Of a stretch of DNA of 64,000 nucleotides, positions 12,746 through 25,639 are shown one piece after another; position 1 is the first letter of the stretch; each line of letters begins with the position of its first letter. Source of the DNA: Mobula birostris (lineage: Eukaryota); contig NC_092377.1 of the NCBI RefSeq assembly GCF_030028105.1, positions 4,655,079 through 4,719,078 of the forward strand. Reading direction: 5' to 3'. The notes under the pieces were generated by a model. The model searched no databases and was not told the origin of the DNA. It worked only from the letters and a program-made list of their open reading frames with translations. A program made the translations under genes and the position numbers.

Positions 12746-13015
12746 AAACACAGATTTGTCACATTTACTGTTATCAGTCTCTTGTACGTTATTCTTGTTA
12801 CACTGCTCAGCTTGTTTGTGAAAGAAAGAAGTTAACATTGTTTGCTTAGAAGCCATAGGGTTGTTAGTGAGAAAAATTTACTTTTGTATTAGCGAGTAAT
12901 CCACAGAACACCACAGATGTAGCCTCACTAATACGACTGAGTCAGAGCAGACAGCAGGGCCCGGAGCGCTGAGCAGTGTTCCTAAACAGGTATAAAAATA
13001 ACAGAAATAAAGCAA

Positions 13016-13448
13016 GCAACACACATAAAAGTTGCTGGTGAATGCAGCAGGCCAGGCAGCATCTCTAGGAAGAGGTACAGTCGAAGTTTCGGGCCGAGAC
13101 CTTTTGTCAGGACTAACTGAAGAAAGAGCTACTAAGAGATTTGAAAGTGGGAGGGTGAGGGGGAGATCCAAAATGATAGGAGAAGACAGGAGGGGGAGGG
13201 ATGGAACCAAGAGCTGGACAGGTGATTGGCAAAAGGGATATGAGAGGATCATGGGACAGGAGGCCCAGGGAGAAGGAAAAGGGGTAAGGGGGGGAAACCC
13301 AGAGGATGGGCAAGGGGTATAGTGAGAGGGACAGAGGGAGAAAAAGGAGAGAGAGAAAAAGAATGTGTGTATATAAATGAATAATGGATGGGGTACGAGG
13401 GGGAGGTGGGCATTAATGGAAGTTTGAGAAATCAATGTTCATGCCCCA
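13016..13448 (-). mobile_element. Penelope-like 3' terminal fragment with a degenerate hammerhead
   Basis: Homologous to 4022-4546; GMNIDFSNF on the minus strand; hammerhead core mutated (ctgacaa / gaaacttc). Confidence 0.8.
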
Positions 13449-13459
13449 TCCCATCCGTC

Positions 13460-15002
13460 TGATGGGACTGACTGAGATGTACCCCAGGCTACTGTGGGAG
13501 GTGAGGGAGGAGATTGCTGAGATTCTGGCAATGATTCTTGAATCATCAATGGGGACGGGAGAGGTTCCAGAGGACTGGAGGGTTGCAAATGTTGTTCCTT
13601 TAATCAAGGAGTAGAGATAGCCCAGGAAATTATAGACCAGTGAGTCTTATCTCAGTGGTTGGTAAGTTGATGGAGAAGATCCTGAGAGGTGGGATTTATG
13701 AACATTTGGAGAGGCATGATATGATTAGCATGGCTTTGTCAAGGGCAGATCATGCCTTACGAGCCTGACTGAATTTTTTGAGGATGTGACTTAACACATT
13801 GATGAAGGAAGAGCAGTAGATGTAGGGTATATGGATTTCAGCAAAGCATTTGATAAGGTACCTCATGCAAGGCTTACTGAGAAAGTAAAGAGGCTTGAGA
13901 TCCAAGGGGACATTCCTTTGTGGATCCAGAACTGGCTTGCCCACAGAAGGCAAAGTGTCGCTGTAGACGGGTCATATTCTGCTTGGAGGTCGGTGACCAG
14001 TGGTGTGCCTCAGGGATCTGTTCTGGGTCCCCAACTCCTTGTGATTTTTACAAATGACCTGAATGAGGAAGTGGAGGGATGGGTTAGAAAATTTTCTGAT
14101 GACACAAAGGTTCGATGTGTTGTGAATAGTGTGGAGGGCTGTCAAAGGTTACAACGGGATATTGATATGATGTAAAACTGGGCTGAGAAGTGGCAGATGG
14201 AGATTAACCCAGGTAAGTGTGAGGTGGTTCATTTTGGTCGGTCAAATATGATGGCAGAATATAGTATTAATCGTAGACTCTTGGCAGTGTGGAGGATCAG
14301 AGGGATCTTGGGGTCCGAGTCCATAGGACGCTCAAAGCAGCTGCGCAGGTTGACTCTGTGGTTAAGAAGGCATACAGTGTATTGGCCTTCATTAATTGTG
14401 GAATTGAATTTAGGAGCCGAGAGGTAATGTTGCAGCTATATAGGATCCTGGTCAGACTCCACTTAGAGTACTGTGCTCAGTTCTGGTCGCCTCACTACAG
14501 GAAGGATGTGGAAGCCATAGAAGGGGTGCAGAGGAGATATACAAGGATATTGTCTGGATTGGGGAGCATGCCTTATGAGAATAGGTTGAGTGAACTCAGC
14601 CTTTTCTCCTTGGAGTGATGGAGGATGCGCTGTGACCTGACAGGTGTATAAGATGATGAGAGGCTTTGATCATGTGGATAGTCAGAGGCTTTTTCCCACC
14701 GCTGAAATGGTTGCCACAAGAGGACACAGGTTTAAGGTGCTGGGGAGTAGGTACAGAGGAGACGTCAGGGGTAAGTTTTTTACTCAGAGATTGGTGAGTG
14801 TGTAGAATGGGCTGCCGGCAACGGTGGTGGAATCGGATACGATAGGGTCTTTTAAGAGACTTTTCGATAGGTTCATGGAGCTTAGTAAAATAGAGGGCTA
14901 TAGGTAAGCCTAGTGATTTCTAAGGTAGGGACATGTTCAGCAGAACTTTGTGGGCCAAAGGGCTTGTATTGTGCTGTAGGTTTTCTATGTTTCTATGTTT
15001 CC
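13460..15002 (+). mobile_element. CR1 LINE RT and 3' end (second subfamily), degraded
   Basis: MDFSKAFDKVPH, SGVPQGSVLGP, LEYCAQFWSPHY; tail gttttctatgtttctatgtttc. Confidence 0.9.
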
Positions 15003-15419
15003 ATAAATAACTGTATACAGTGGTGGTGGAATCCGTTAGTCTCGCGAGACCATGGATCTGTGCCTGGAAAGTCTTGCTTCAGTCTGTGTTAGAGCAGCGT
15101 CTGTTGTGGCTGTAGAGGCCCACACGGGAGTGACAGTCTCGGCTGCAGCGACTGCACTTGAAGGCACTGTCCTCCAGTATTGTCTTGTAACCCAAGCTAA
15201 AATGTAACAATTAATGGGCTGGAATTTCCCACCATAATCCCACAAAAACATTTTAACATAAGAACAATAACCAGTACTGGTCATTAGAAATGCAGGGGTG
15301 GGCTATCGACCACAGCGTCACAATATCGGGAATCAGTATAGATTCCCTCAGGTAAAATGTAAATTCGTGGGCCATCCTGTGGAGAAACTTTGGCAAGATC
15401 GATCTCCTGGCTGTACTTT

Positions 15420-17585
15420 ACTCCCACAGACCACAGCACCAGTGGAGAGAACCACAAAGGTATGGTCATGGGAGATGGAGGAGCATTTACAGGACTGCTT
15501 TGACCATCTTCAGGAATTTATCTTTGGATCTGAATGAATATGCCATGGCTCTCACTGACTCCATCAAGACTCATGTGGGATGAGTGCTTGCCTTTGAGAA
15601 TATTCTGAAACTTTCAAAACCAGAAGTCCAGGATGAACCAGGAGATTCACAGTCTGCTGAGTGTGTTCATGACCAGCAATCCGGACTCAAACAACAAGTC
15701 CAGGCTCGACTCATCACTGTGAGAGCAAAATAGGCAATTGCATGTGATCAGAGACACAATCAAATGCACAACAGCTGTGACAAAGTTTGCAGGCCATTCC
15801 TTCTGGAACGCCCTGGTAAAGGTTTCACTGATAATGTAAGTTAATTCACGTAATGGTCTTTCTGTCCAAGCAGTGTTTGGATTATTGTTAGTGATGACAG
15901 GCTGAGCAATGTGAGCCATCTGATCAGGAGAGAAGGCTGGGTGAGCAGTATTTTTTTATGCCTGGCACTGGTGTGAACTGAGGTCATTGTTCAGTGGGGG
16001 ATGAAGAGAGAAGACACTGGAGAGAACCGGTCGTAGGATTCGATCTGGTGGGGACTGTGATTCGATGGAACAAGGTGCAGGAGTCTACCAAGTATTGGTG
16101 AAAATGACTTTTGGAAGAGTTGAGCTCCAACCTGGTCACATTTGACTGTTTAATTATAATAGAGCCCTTTCTGTTTTTTTTCATTCTTTTCTTTACTCTC
16201 TTTAGTTCAGTTAATATTCATAAATATATGTCCTTTAATTAAATGCAGTGTGTGGTCTGTTATTTCCTGGCAAAGAGTTGTAACAGGGCAGCAAATCAGA
16301 CAGCATTTACCCAAGCCAGGGTTTATGTGGGAAAGACATCCCAATCTCACGGATTTGGTGGTACTGGAGAGTGTAATCCTTAAACATATGCACCTGAAGA
16401 AAAGCTGGTCTCTCGGGTGCCATGTTGGGAGACTGCCAACTAACGAGCCATTTCCAGAGATGCCCAGGAAGAAAGGGGGTTCATGTCCTAACAGTGCAAT
16501 TGGCAGTGACGTTTCACTTGTCAATGAGCTCAGCGTCTTTTCTACACACTTCGACAGGGAGAATAACAGTTCACCTGTGTGACTGCCCACAGCATCTTGC
16601 TCAATGTCAGAACACCCCTTCAGGAAGGTGAACTTTAAGTTCCTGGGTGTTAACACCCGAGCGGTTCTTTCCTGTTCGCAACACATTGATGCAATTACAA
16701 AGAAGGCACCTCTGCAGCTTTACTTCCTTCAGAGTTTGAGGAGGTTCGGTATGTCATCAAAGACTCCAGCAAATTTCCACAGATGTACATGGAGACCATT
16801 CCATCTGGTTGTATCACGGTCTGGTATGGAGGCTCCAGTGCACAGGATCAACAGAGGCTGCAGAGAGTTACAGTCTCAACCCCCTCCATCATGGGCACAA
16901 CCCGTCACTCCATCAAGAACATCCTCAAAAGGAGGTTCCTCAAGGAGTACAAGTGACTCACTGCTTCATCCGGAAAGACTGAGTGCTGGATGGTGCGAAG
17001 CAAAGGGGTGAAAGGACAGGTGTTGCATCACCCGCAAAACTTCTACAAAAAGTAATAGATTCCACCCAGTCCATCACAGGTAAAGCCCTCCCCACCATTC
17101 AGAACATCTGCACACAGCGCTTTCACAGGAAAGCAGCATCCATCATCAGGGACCACCACCACCCAGGACAGGCTCTCTTCTCACTGCTGCCATCAGGGAG
17201 AAGGCACAGGAGCTTTGGGTCCCACACCACCAGGATCAGGAACAGTTATTACCCCTCAACCATCAGGCTCCTGAACCAAAGGGGCTAACTTCCCTTAACG
17301 TGTCATTGAAATGTTTCCACAACCGATGGACTCACTTTCAAGGTCTCTTCATCTCATGTTCTCAATATTTATTATTTTTTTTTATCATTAATTTTTTTTC
17401 AATTCTATTTGCTTTACAGTTTGTTATCTTTTGCACATTGGTTGTTTCTTTGTCCTGTTGGGCGTGGTCTTTCATTAATTCCATTACGTCTCTTGGAATT
17501 ACTAAGTCTGCTCGCAAGGAAACAAATCTCGTGGTTGGATATTGTGAAATATATTTACTTTGATAATAAATTTACTTTGAACTTT
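15420..17585 (+). mobile_element. Rex1/Babar-like fragments (mid-ORF piece interrupted by an LTR-like insert, then two 3' ends)
   Basis: LQDCF and FQNQK remnants at 15480-15700; LYFLQSLRRFGMS and LLPSGRRHRS; tail aataaatttactttgaactttga. Confidence 0.65.
15776..16493. mobile_element. Solo-LTR-like element
   Basis: Starts tgtgaca, ends ...ctaaca. Shares blocks with 29816-30360 (gtaatggt...ctgt...agcag; gggggtt-ca). No clean TSD, so the ends are uncertain. Confidence 0.45.
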
Positions 17586-17972
17586 GAAGGATGAGAGGTG
17601 ACTTGATAGGGGTGTATAAGGTTATAACAAGCACAGACAGAGCAGACAGCTAAAGACTTTTCTCAGGGCAGCAATGGCTAATAGGGGAAGACATGCTCTG
17701 AAGGTGGGTGTAGGAATGTAAGGGGTGATACGTATCAGAGGTACCTCTTTCCCACACAGAAAGTGCCTGAACTGTGTTTGCAGGGGTGGTGGTAGAGGCT
17801 AACACATTGGGGACATTTTAGAAACTGATACGTTAGATAAACTCATGGATGAAAGGAAAATGGAGCTTTAAGGTCTGTGTTTGAGGGAAGGGTTACATTG
17901 AACTTGGAGTAGATTAAAAATTTGGCACAACATTATGGGCCGAGGGGCCTGTACTATGCTGTACTATTCTAT
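17586..17972 (+). mobile_element. CR1 3' fragment
   Basis: gatgagaggtgacttgatag... through gggcctgtactatgctgtactattctatg. Confidence 0.75.
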
Positions 17973-18294
17973 GAGGCCTCTGTTAGTCAGTGTCAACCAT
18001 GGATATTGTGTCCCAGTTGTCTAGGTACGCAAGGCTGGGCAGTATGATATGGAGAGCAAGCTGTTGCCTATGTAGCAAGCTCCCCCTCTCCAAGCATCTG
18101 ATGAACTCAAAGAAATGTGTCAGGAAGGGGAAACAGTGTACTTGGCTTGTTTCTGACGTTTCAATCTGATCATGGTGTATGGACATAAGGAGTGAGTTTC
18201 AGTGACAGATATGTCAATGTGGATGAAACATTCAGCTACTCTGCAGTTTGTTACTATTTTTTCAGCTGTTTCTGCAGGACTGCCCACTCTCCCC

Positions 18295-18375
18295 CATCAC
18301 TTCCTCTTCACACCCCGTGCCTTTGTGCTGGAATAAACTTGTGGGGAAGTTGAAGGGGAATCAGTCACTTGTGAA
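18295..18375 (+). promoter_or_regulatory. Putative leukocyte-type promoter upstream of the leader exon
   Basis: cacttcctctt (18298-18308; reverse AAGAGGAAGTG, PU.1/Ets), tgtggggaagt (18340-18350; Runx-like plus Ets), ggggaa, tcagtca and the E-box cacttg, all within 150 bp of the ATG. Motif matches only. Confidence 0.45.
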
Positions 18376-18441
18376 ATACCAACGGGGAACATCTGGTCTG
18401 AATGAGCAGAAATTCAGTTTTTGAAGAACAAGAGAGAAGAA

Positions 18442-18490
18442 ATGTTTGCAGCGATAATCACAACCTTGACTCTGTCCGTCTGTGCAGTGG
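18442..18490 (+). CDS. Signal-peptide (L1) exon, MFAAIITTLTLSVCAV(G)
   Basis: 49-nt ATG exon in non-repeat sequence with a hydrophobic core, ending in phase 1 at a consensus G|GTAAGT donor. Size and phase match Ig/TCR leader exons. It joins 47015 in frame (..CAV-G-VNEETVLIQSP); that link is inferred. Confidence 0.7.
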
Positions 18491-19100
18491 GTAAGTAAAT
18501 TCCCAGAGTGGGGTCACCCAGTCTGAGACTGGTTTCATCTGCCTTTGAGTTTATTTGACCAGTTGTGGGCAGTGGTACTGTGTACGGTTTTGGTCATCCT
18601 GTTATAGGAAGGATGTTATTAAACTAGAAAGAGTGCAGAAACGATCCACCAGGAAGTTTTCTGGTCCTGGGGGTCTGTGTCTTAAGGATAGATTGGGAAC
18701 TGTACTTCCCTCAATTGCCGGACTCTGCAGAGAGTGCTGTGGACACCCCCACACATCTGTAGTTATGAACTTCCTACTATTCAGGATATTTACAAAGACA
18801 GGTGTGTAAAAAAGGCCAAGGATCATTGGGGACCCAAGTCACCACAACCACAAACTGTTCCAGCTGCTACCTTCCAGGAAATGGTACCGCAGCGTAACAG
18901 CCAGAACTATCAGGCTCCGGGACAGCTTCTCGCACCAGGCCATCAGATTGATAAATTCACGCTGATACAATTGTACTTCTGTCATATTGACCGTCCTGTT
19001 ATGCAAACTATTTATTCCAAATTACGATAAAATGCACCTCTCACATTTGGACAGAGATGTAATGCAAAGATTTTTACTTCTCATGTATATGAACTATGAA

Positions 19101-19760
19101 AGATGGTGGCGCGACGCAGCTCGCAGTGGCCACTCCGGTGGTGATGTCTGTTATCTGTCAAGTAGGGTGCCATGCACAATCCTGATTTGATGGAGACAGA
19201 CATGAGAGCACGGAGGAAAATCTGGTGAAACTTCTGAAATGCCTGCTTCACTGCTGCTGCTACTGTGTGGTCCAGAATCTCCAGAGGAGAAGGCCCTGAG
19301 TCCTTGGCTTTGCTTGTTGCTCGGCGGCCAGGACGGTGTCGAAGCACTTGGCAGAGGATGCTGCTTGGAGAGGCTGTGTCGGAGGGGCTGGTCAGAGGCT
19401 CGAAGCTTTCAGACGGACTCAGAGTCCACTGCGGTCGGGTGCTTCCAATGGTGCTGCATCGGCAAGTTGGTGATGCTTGGAGATTCATGGCAGGGAGAGT
19501 TCCTCCCTCCTGCTGCCTGCGTGGGATAATGAGTGTATCGGGACTTAGAGACTTTTTTTTACCGTGCCCATGGTCTGCTCTTTATCAAATTATGGTATTG
19601 CTTTGCACTATTGTAACTATATGTTATAATTATGTGGTTTTGTCAGTTTTAGACTTGGTTTGTCCTGTGTTTTCTTGTGATATCATTCTGGAGGAACGTT
19701 GTCTCATTTTTTAATGCATGCTTTTCTAAATGACAATAAACGAAAACTGAACTGAACTGA
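19101..19760 (+). mobile_element. Non-autonomous LINE derivative, about 660 bp
   Basis: Starts agatggtggcgcgacgcagc, ends aataaa...(actga)n; TSD tatgaa (19095-19100 / 19761-19766); no RT remnant seen. Confidence 0.6.
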
Positions 19761-19829
19761 TATGAAGGATGTAAGTAATAAAGCCAATTCAATTCAATTC
19801 AATTCAGATTGCATACACTCGGAACTTCC

Positions 19830-21612
19830 TGTCACAATGGGGTGCTGAGAACGGACCCAAATGTGGGACACAGACACTGAAGTACAAGGACCAGGACTTG
19901 ACTAGAGTAGGGACGTGACAGGATTCAGGCAAGGAGTAGGGACAAGGACGCAGAGTTGGGCTAGGGAGAGCGGGACCAGGACTAGGAACCATGGACTAGG
20001 AGACAAGGCTTGTACTCTGAGCCCGAGACTGGACAAGGACCCAAAACCTGGGTCTTGCCTCAGGCTCGGACCCCGGAACCAGGCAAGGACATGAGATGGC
20101 TTCAGGACAGGATGTGGCTGGGGTCTAGAGGCCTGAGCTTGGAGACAGGCTGGGATATTTGCTCTTGAGGCTTGAGGCTGGGGTCTTGGGTCTTGAGCTT
20201 GGCTTGGGATCCTCGAGGCTTGGGGTCCTGGGTCTTGAGCTTGGTTTGGGATCCTCGAGGCTTGGGGTCTTGTGTCTTGAGATTGGCTTGGGATCCTCGA
20301 GGCTTGGGCTCTTGGAGCTTGGCTTGGGATCCTCGAGGCTTGGGTTCTTGGGTCTTGAGCTTGGCTCGGGATCCTCGAGGCTTGGGTTCCTGAGCCTTGA
20401 GCTTGGCTGCGGGATCATCGAGGCTTGGGATCTTGGAGCTTGGCTGCAGGGTCGTCGAGGCTTGGGATCTTGGAGCTTGGCTGCAGGGTCATCGAGGCTT
20501 GGGTTCTTGGAGCTTGGCTGCAGGGTCGTCGAGGCTTGGGTTCTTGGAGCTTGGCTGCAGGGTCGTCGAGGCTTGGGCTCTTGGAGCTGGGCTGCAGGGT
20601 CGTCGAGGCTTGGGCTCTTGGAGCTTGGCTGCAGGGTCGTCGAGGCTTGGGCTCTTGGAGCTGGGCTGCAGGGTTGTCGGGGCTTGGGCTCTTGGAGCTG
20701 GGCTGCGGGATCGTCGAGGCTTGGGTCCTTGGAGCTTGGCTGCGGGATCGTCGTTTTGAAATGCGGAGGCTGACAGCTCAGAGGCTGGAGCTGGAGACTG
20801 ACTGGGAACTGAACATTAACACAGAGCCGGGACTTGTCCTTTGAAAAGCCGGGACTCATCGTTAACACGACACCAACATGAGACAGAACAGTACAGAGAC
20901 ATAGAGCCGGGACTTATACTTAGACAAGCCGGGACTCAACTTCTCCACACCAAGGTGGGACAGGTCTCTCCGTCAGGTAACGGCAGAACAGCCAGACTTA
21001 CCCAACAGAGGCAAGGACAAGACACGACATGTCCCCCCGCAAGGCAACGGAAAAACGGCCTGGCTTACCCCACGGAGGCGAGCACAAGACAGATCCCCCT
21101 GCAGGGCAACGGCAAAATGGCCTGGCTTATCTCACAGAGGCAAGGACAAGCGACAAACACCAAAGAACAACAGACAGTTCCACCTCTGCTCCGGGGAAGC
21201 TCCAAGTCTCAGTTCATCCAGCAACCTCAGCCGGCTACAGAAACAGCCAGATCCCTACCTAGCTCGGAGTGGCTGGCAGCCACTCAGCTGGCCCAGGAAA
21301 CAGCCGAATCCATACCGCAAAGACCACTCCAACGAGAGGCAACAAGGCTCCATGAAGCAATGGCTCCCCAACCAGGCCTAGAGATCACAAATGGTTTCAC
21401 TAGCCTTCCATCAGCAGGTTGCTCCAAGGGGGACTGACAAGACAAACCAGCAGCCCACACTCACTCCCAAGGCTACTTATATTGCAAGCCCAAAGATGGG
21501 AATCAGGTACCTATGATTAATTCAAACAAGGGAGAGTTGGAAGACCCAGAGTCCTGAGTCCACGGACCGGACCGTGAACCGGAATGCGAACTTCACGGAC
21601 CGGACCATGACA
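19830..21612. mobile_element. 1783-bp solo-LTR-like element
   Basis: TGTCA...TGACA termini with a perfect 5-bp TSD cttcc (19825-19829 / 21613-21617); no gag/pol motifs. Confidence 0.8.
20165..20750. repeat. Two-tier GC-rich tandem array (about 42-bp units, then 37-bp units) inside the LTR
   Basis: About 5-6 copies of gggtcttgggtcttgagcttggcttgggatcctcgaggcttg, then about 9 of cttggagcttggctgcagggtcgtcgaggcttgggat; shared core tcgaggcttggg. Confidence 0.9.
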
Positions 21613-21634
21613 CTTCCGTCTTAAATATACCCAC

Positions 21635-24480
21635 GGACTTGCACTCCACTGCAGTCTGTGATAGATTCACTGCTCTCTGGCTAAAAATATTTTTCCTTAT
21701 CTGTGTTCTGAAAGGTCATCACTCAATTTTGAGGTTGTGCCCTCTAGTTCTGGATACCCTCACCAAAGGAAACATCCTCTCCACATCCACCCTATCTAGT
21801 CCTTTCAATGTTCAGTCGGTTTCAATGAGATTCCCATACATTCATATAAGTTCTAGTGAGTACAGGTCCAAAGCTGCCAAATGCTCCTCATTTCTTAACA
21901 CTCTCATTCCCAAAATCATTCCAATGAACCTCCTCTGGACTCTGGCCAGTGACAACACATCCTTTCTGAGCCGTGGGGCCCAAAACTGTTGACAATACTC
22001 CAAGTGTGTCCTGACTAGTGTCTTATAAAGCCTCAGCATTATTTCTTTGCTTTTATATTCTATGCCCCTTGAAATAAATGCCAACATCACATTTATCTTT
22101 TTTAACACAAACTTCTGGGAGTCTTGCATGAGGACTCCTAAGTCCCTCTGCACCTCTGATGTTCGAACCTTCTCCTCATTTAGATAATATTCCGCACTAT
22201 TGTTCCTTTTACCAAAATGCATTCCCAACATTTCCCAGCACTGTGCCACCTGTCACTTTTTTGTTCATTCTTCCAACTTGTCGAAGTCCTGCTGCAATTG
22301 CATTGTGTCCTCAGCATTACCTACCTCTCCACCTATCTTTGTATCATCGGCAAGTCTTCAATTCCATTATCCAAAATCATTGACAAACAATGTGAAAAGT
22401 AGCGGTCCCAAAACTGACCCCTGAGGAACACCACTAGTCATTGGCAGCCAACTATGAAAAGACCCTTTTATTCCCACTCACTGCCTCCTGCCTGTCAGCC
22501 ATTCCTCTATGCACACAAGTACCTTTCTTGTAATGCCGTATGATTTTATCTTGTTAAGCAGCCTTGTGCTTTCTGAAATGCCTTCTGAAAATCCAAGTAA
22601 ATGATATCAACTGCCTCTCCTTTGTCCACCCTATTTGTTACTTCCTTGAAGAATTCTAACAGATTTGTCAGGCAAGATTTCCCTTCACAGAAGCCATGCT
22701 GACTTTGACTTATTTTATCATTAGTCTATAAGTACCCTGAAACCTTAATAAAAGACCTCATAATAGACTCCAACAATTTCTAAGCCACTGAATCTAGGCT
22801 AACTGGCCTATAATTTCCTTTTTTTGCCTTCCTCCCTTCTTAAAGAGTGGAGTAGCATTTGCAATCTTCCAGCCTGCTGGGACGATGCCAGAATCAAGTT
22901 AATCTTGAAAGATCAATACCAATGCATTCAGTATCTCTTCAACAACCTGTTTCAGGACTCTGGGATGTAGTCCATCTGGACCAGATGACTTATCCACCTA
23001 AAACCTTTGAGTTTGCCTGATAGCAATGGTACTCACTCCTGCTCGCTGACAGTCACAGACCTCTGGCACAATGGTAGTGTGATCCACAGTGAAGGTAGAT
23101 GCAAAATGCCCATTAGGTTCATCTGCCATTTCTTTATCCCCTATTAGTACCTCACCAACATCATTTTCCAGTGGTCCAATATCAACTCTCACCTCCCTTT
23201 TATTCTTTATATAACTGAAAAAGCTTTTAGTGTCCTTCTTTATATTATTGGCTAGTTTGCCCTCATATTTCATCTTTTCCCTCCCTAAAGGTTTTTTGGA
23301 TGCCTTTTGTTGGATTTTCAAAAACTTCCCAATTATCCAACTTCCAACTCACTTTTGCTACTTAATTGCCCTTTCCTTGGCCTTTATGCTGTCCTTAACT
23401 TCCCTTGCCAGTCATAGTTGCCTACCCCTGCCAGTTGAGAACTTCTTCCTCTGTGGGACATATCTATCCTGCGCCTTGTGAACTGTCCCCAGAAACTTCA
23501 GCCATCTGTGTTTTGCCGTCATCACTGGCAGTATCCTCCTCCAATCCACGTGAACAAGCTCTTCTCTCACGCCTCTGTAATTCCCTTTATTTCATTGTAA
23601 TACTGATACATATGACTTATTCTTCTCCCTCTTAAACTGAAGAATTAATTCAATCATATTATTATCACCGCCTCCTAAGCATTCCTTTATGTTAAACTCC
23701 CTAATAGGATCTGGGTTATTACACAACTTCCAATCTAAGTTTGCCTTTCCCTGAATAGGCTCAACCACAAGATGCTCTAAAAAGCCATCTCATCAGCACT
23801 CAACAATTTCCCTCCCTTGTGATCCAACACCAATGTGATTTCCCCATTCTACTTGCATCTTGAAGTCCTCCATTACAATTGTGTCATTACCTTTATTACA
23901 TGCCTTTTCCAGCTCCCTTTGCAATATCAACCCCACATCTTGGATACTATTTGGAGGCCTATATCTTATTCCTATAATGGTTTTTACACTCTTGTGGTTT
24001 CTTAACTCCACCCAAAAAGATCCAACATTTTTTATGCAATGTCTCCTGTTTCTAAAGATGTAATTCCATCTCTTACCAACAGAGTCATACCACCCTCTGC
24101 TTGCCCATTTGATACAAAGTATATCCTTTAATGTTAAGCTCTCAACTAATGGCCTTCTTTCAGCCACGACTCAGTGATGCCCAGAACGTCATACCGACCA
24201 ATCTCTAATTGTGCCACGAGTTTGTTCACTGTATTCCGAATGCTACGCTCATTTAAATACAACAACTTCAGTCCTTCTTTCTTCACTCATTTGAATTTTG
24301 CCTCTGTGGTACAACTCAACTCTCTGCCCTGCCAGCATTTGTACTCTATCATTGCCTCGTCCTTCCTTACATTCCTGTTACACCCGTCGTCTATTTATAA
24401 ACCTGCTGGCTCATCCTCAGCTCTATCATAGTCATAGTGGTTCCCGTCCCCTTGCCATACTAGTTTAAACCAATCCAAAA
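21635..24480 (-). mobile_element. Old CR1 LINE (ORF1 end, endonuclease, RT), heavily degraded
   Basis: Minus ORFs: RYRPPNS...MEDF (23793-24167), KDTKSFFSYIKNKR (22998-23321), RTHLEYCQQFWAP (21842-22249). Confidence 0.85.
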
Positions 24481-25639
24481 AGCTCTAGTAAATCTGCCTG
24501 TGAGAATAATATTGCTTTTGCTTGCAGTTACTGTTTGCATGATGTTATTTTTCTTTGCACATTGGTGGTTTAAAAATTGAGAGACATTGGGTTTCTCATG
24601 GCTCACACTGAGCTGAGACACTGCAGTGTAATCTTCCTCAGGTCCTATTGAGCATGATAAACAAAAGTTTTACTTCTCCTGCTCTACATACCAGCAAATT
24701 CTAGCAAATCTGCCTCTGAGAATATTATTGTCTTTTAAGAGACTTTTAGATAGGTAGATGGAGCTTAGAAAAACAGAGGGCTCTGGGTAACCCTGGTAAT
24801 TGCTGAGATAGGGACATGTTTGGCACAACTTTGTGGGCCAAAGGGATTGTATTTTGCTGTAGGTTTTCCATGTTTCTATGTTAACTCTTCGCTCTGTCTG
24901 CATTTGTACCCAATCATTGGCTTGTCTTTCCTTACGTTCCTGTTACACCCATCATCTAATTGTAAACCTGCTGGCTCATCCTCAGCTCTCTCATGCTCGT
25001 TCACGTCCTGCTGCCATATTAGTTTATACCATTCCCAAATGCTCTAGTAAATCTGCCTGCAAGAATATTATTGTTTCTGCTTGCAGTTACTGTTTGTAGT
25101 TACTGTTTGCATGATGTTTTGTTTCTTTGCACATTGGGTGTTCAATGGTCTTTTTTATTTCTTATTTTATTCCTTTAACTTTAATGGACATGATGTAGTT
25201 TTTTTATTCTCTGCACGTTGTCTTTTTTCATGTATATGGGGTTGGTTTTGAGTATCTTTGTTTTGTGGCTGCCTGTTAGGAGACGAATCTCAAGGTAATA
25301 TAATGCAAACATGCTTTGATAATTAAATATACTTTGAAATTTTGAAACATTAGCAACGTAAAGCAATCTAGATAAGTACATGAACAGCAGAGGGTTCGCA
25401 GTCTGTGGGCCAAATGCATGCTGGGCAACACAGTCTGAGTGAACAAGTTGAGCCAAAGGTCTTGTTTCTGTACTGAACGATTTAATGAGTCACATGAATC
25501 TGAATTTGTGATTTAAAAACTCTGAACTGTTGGGATTTTCTTGGTTCACACTGAGCTGAGACACTGAAGTATAATCTTCTACAATTCCTATTCAGCATGA
25601 TAAACAAAGGTTTTACTCCCGCTGATCTACCTGCTTTTC

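Noticed and set aside
20125-21437. Long ORFs (247, 204 and 198 aa) as host proteins
   Set aside because: They lie inside a TSD-flanked LTR-like element; frames are open because the repeat units lack stop codons; no domain motifs or splice signals.
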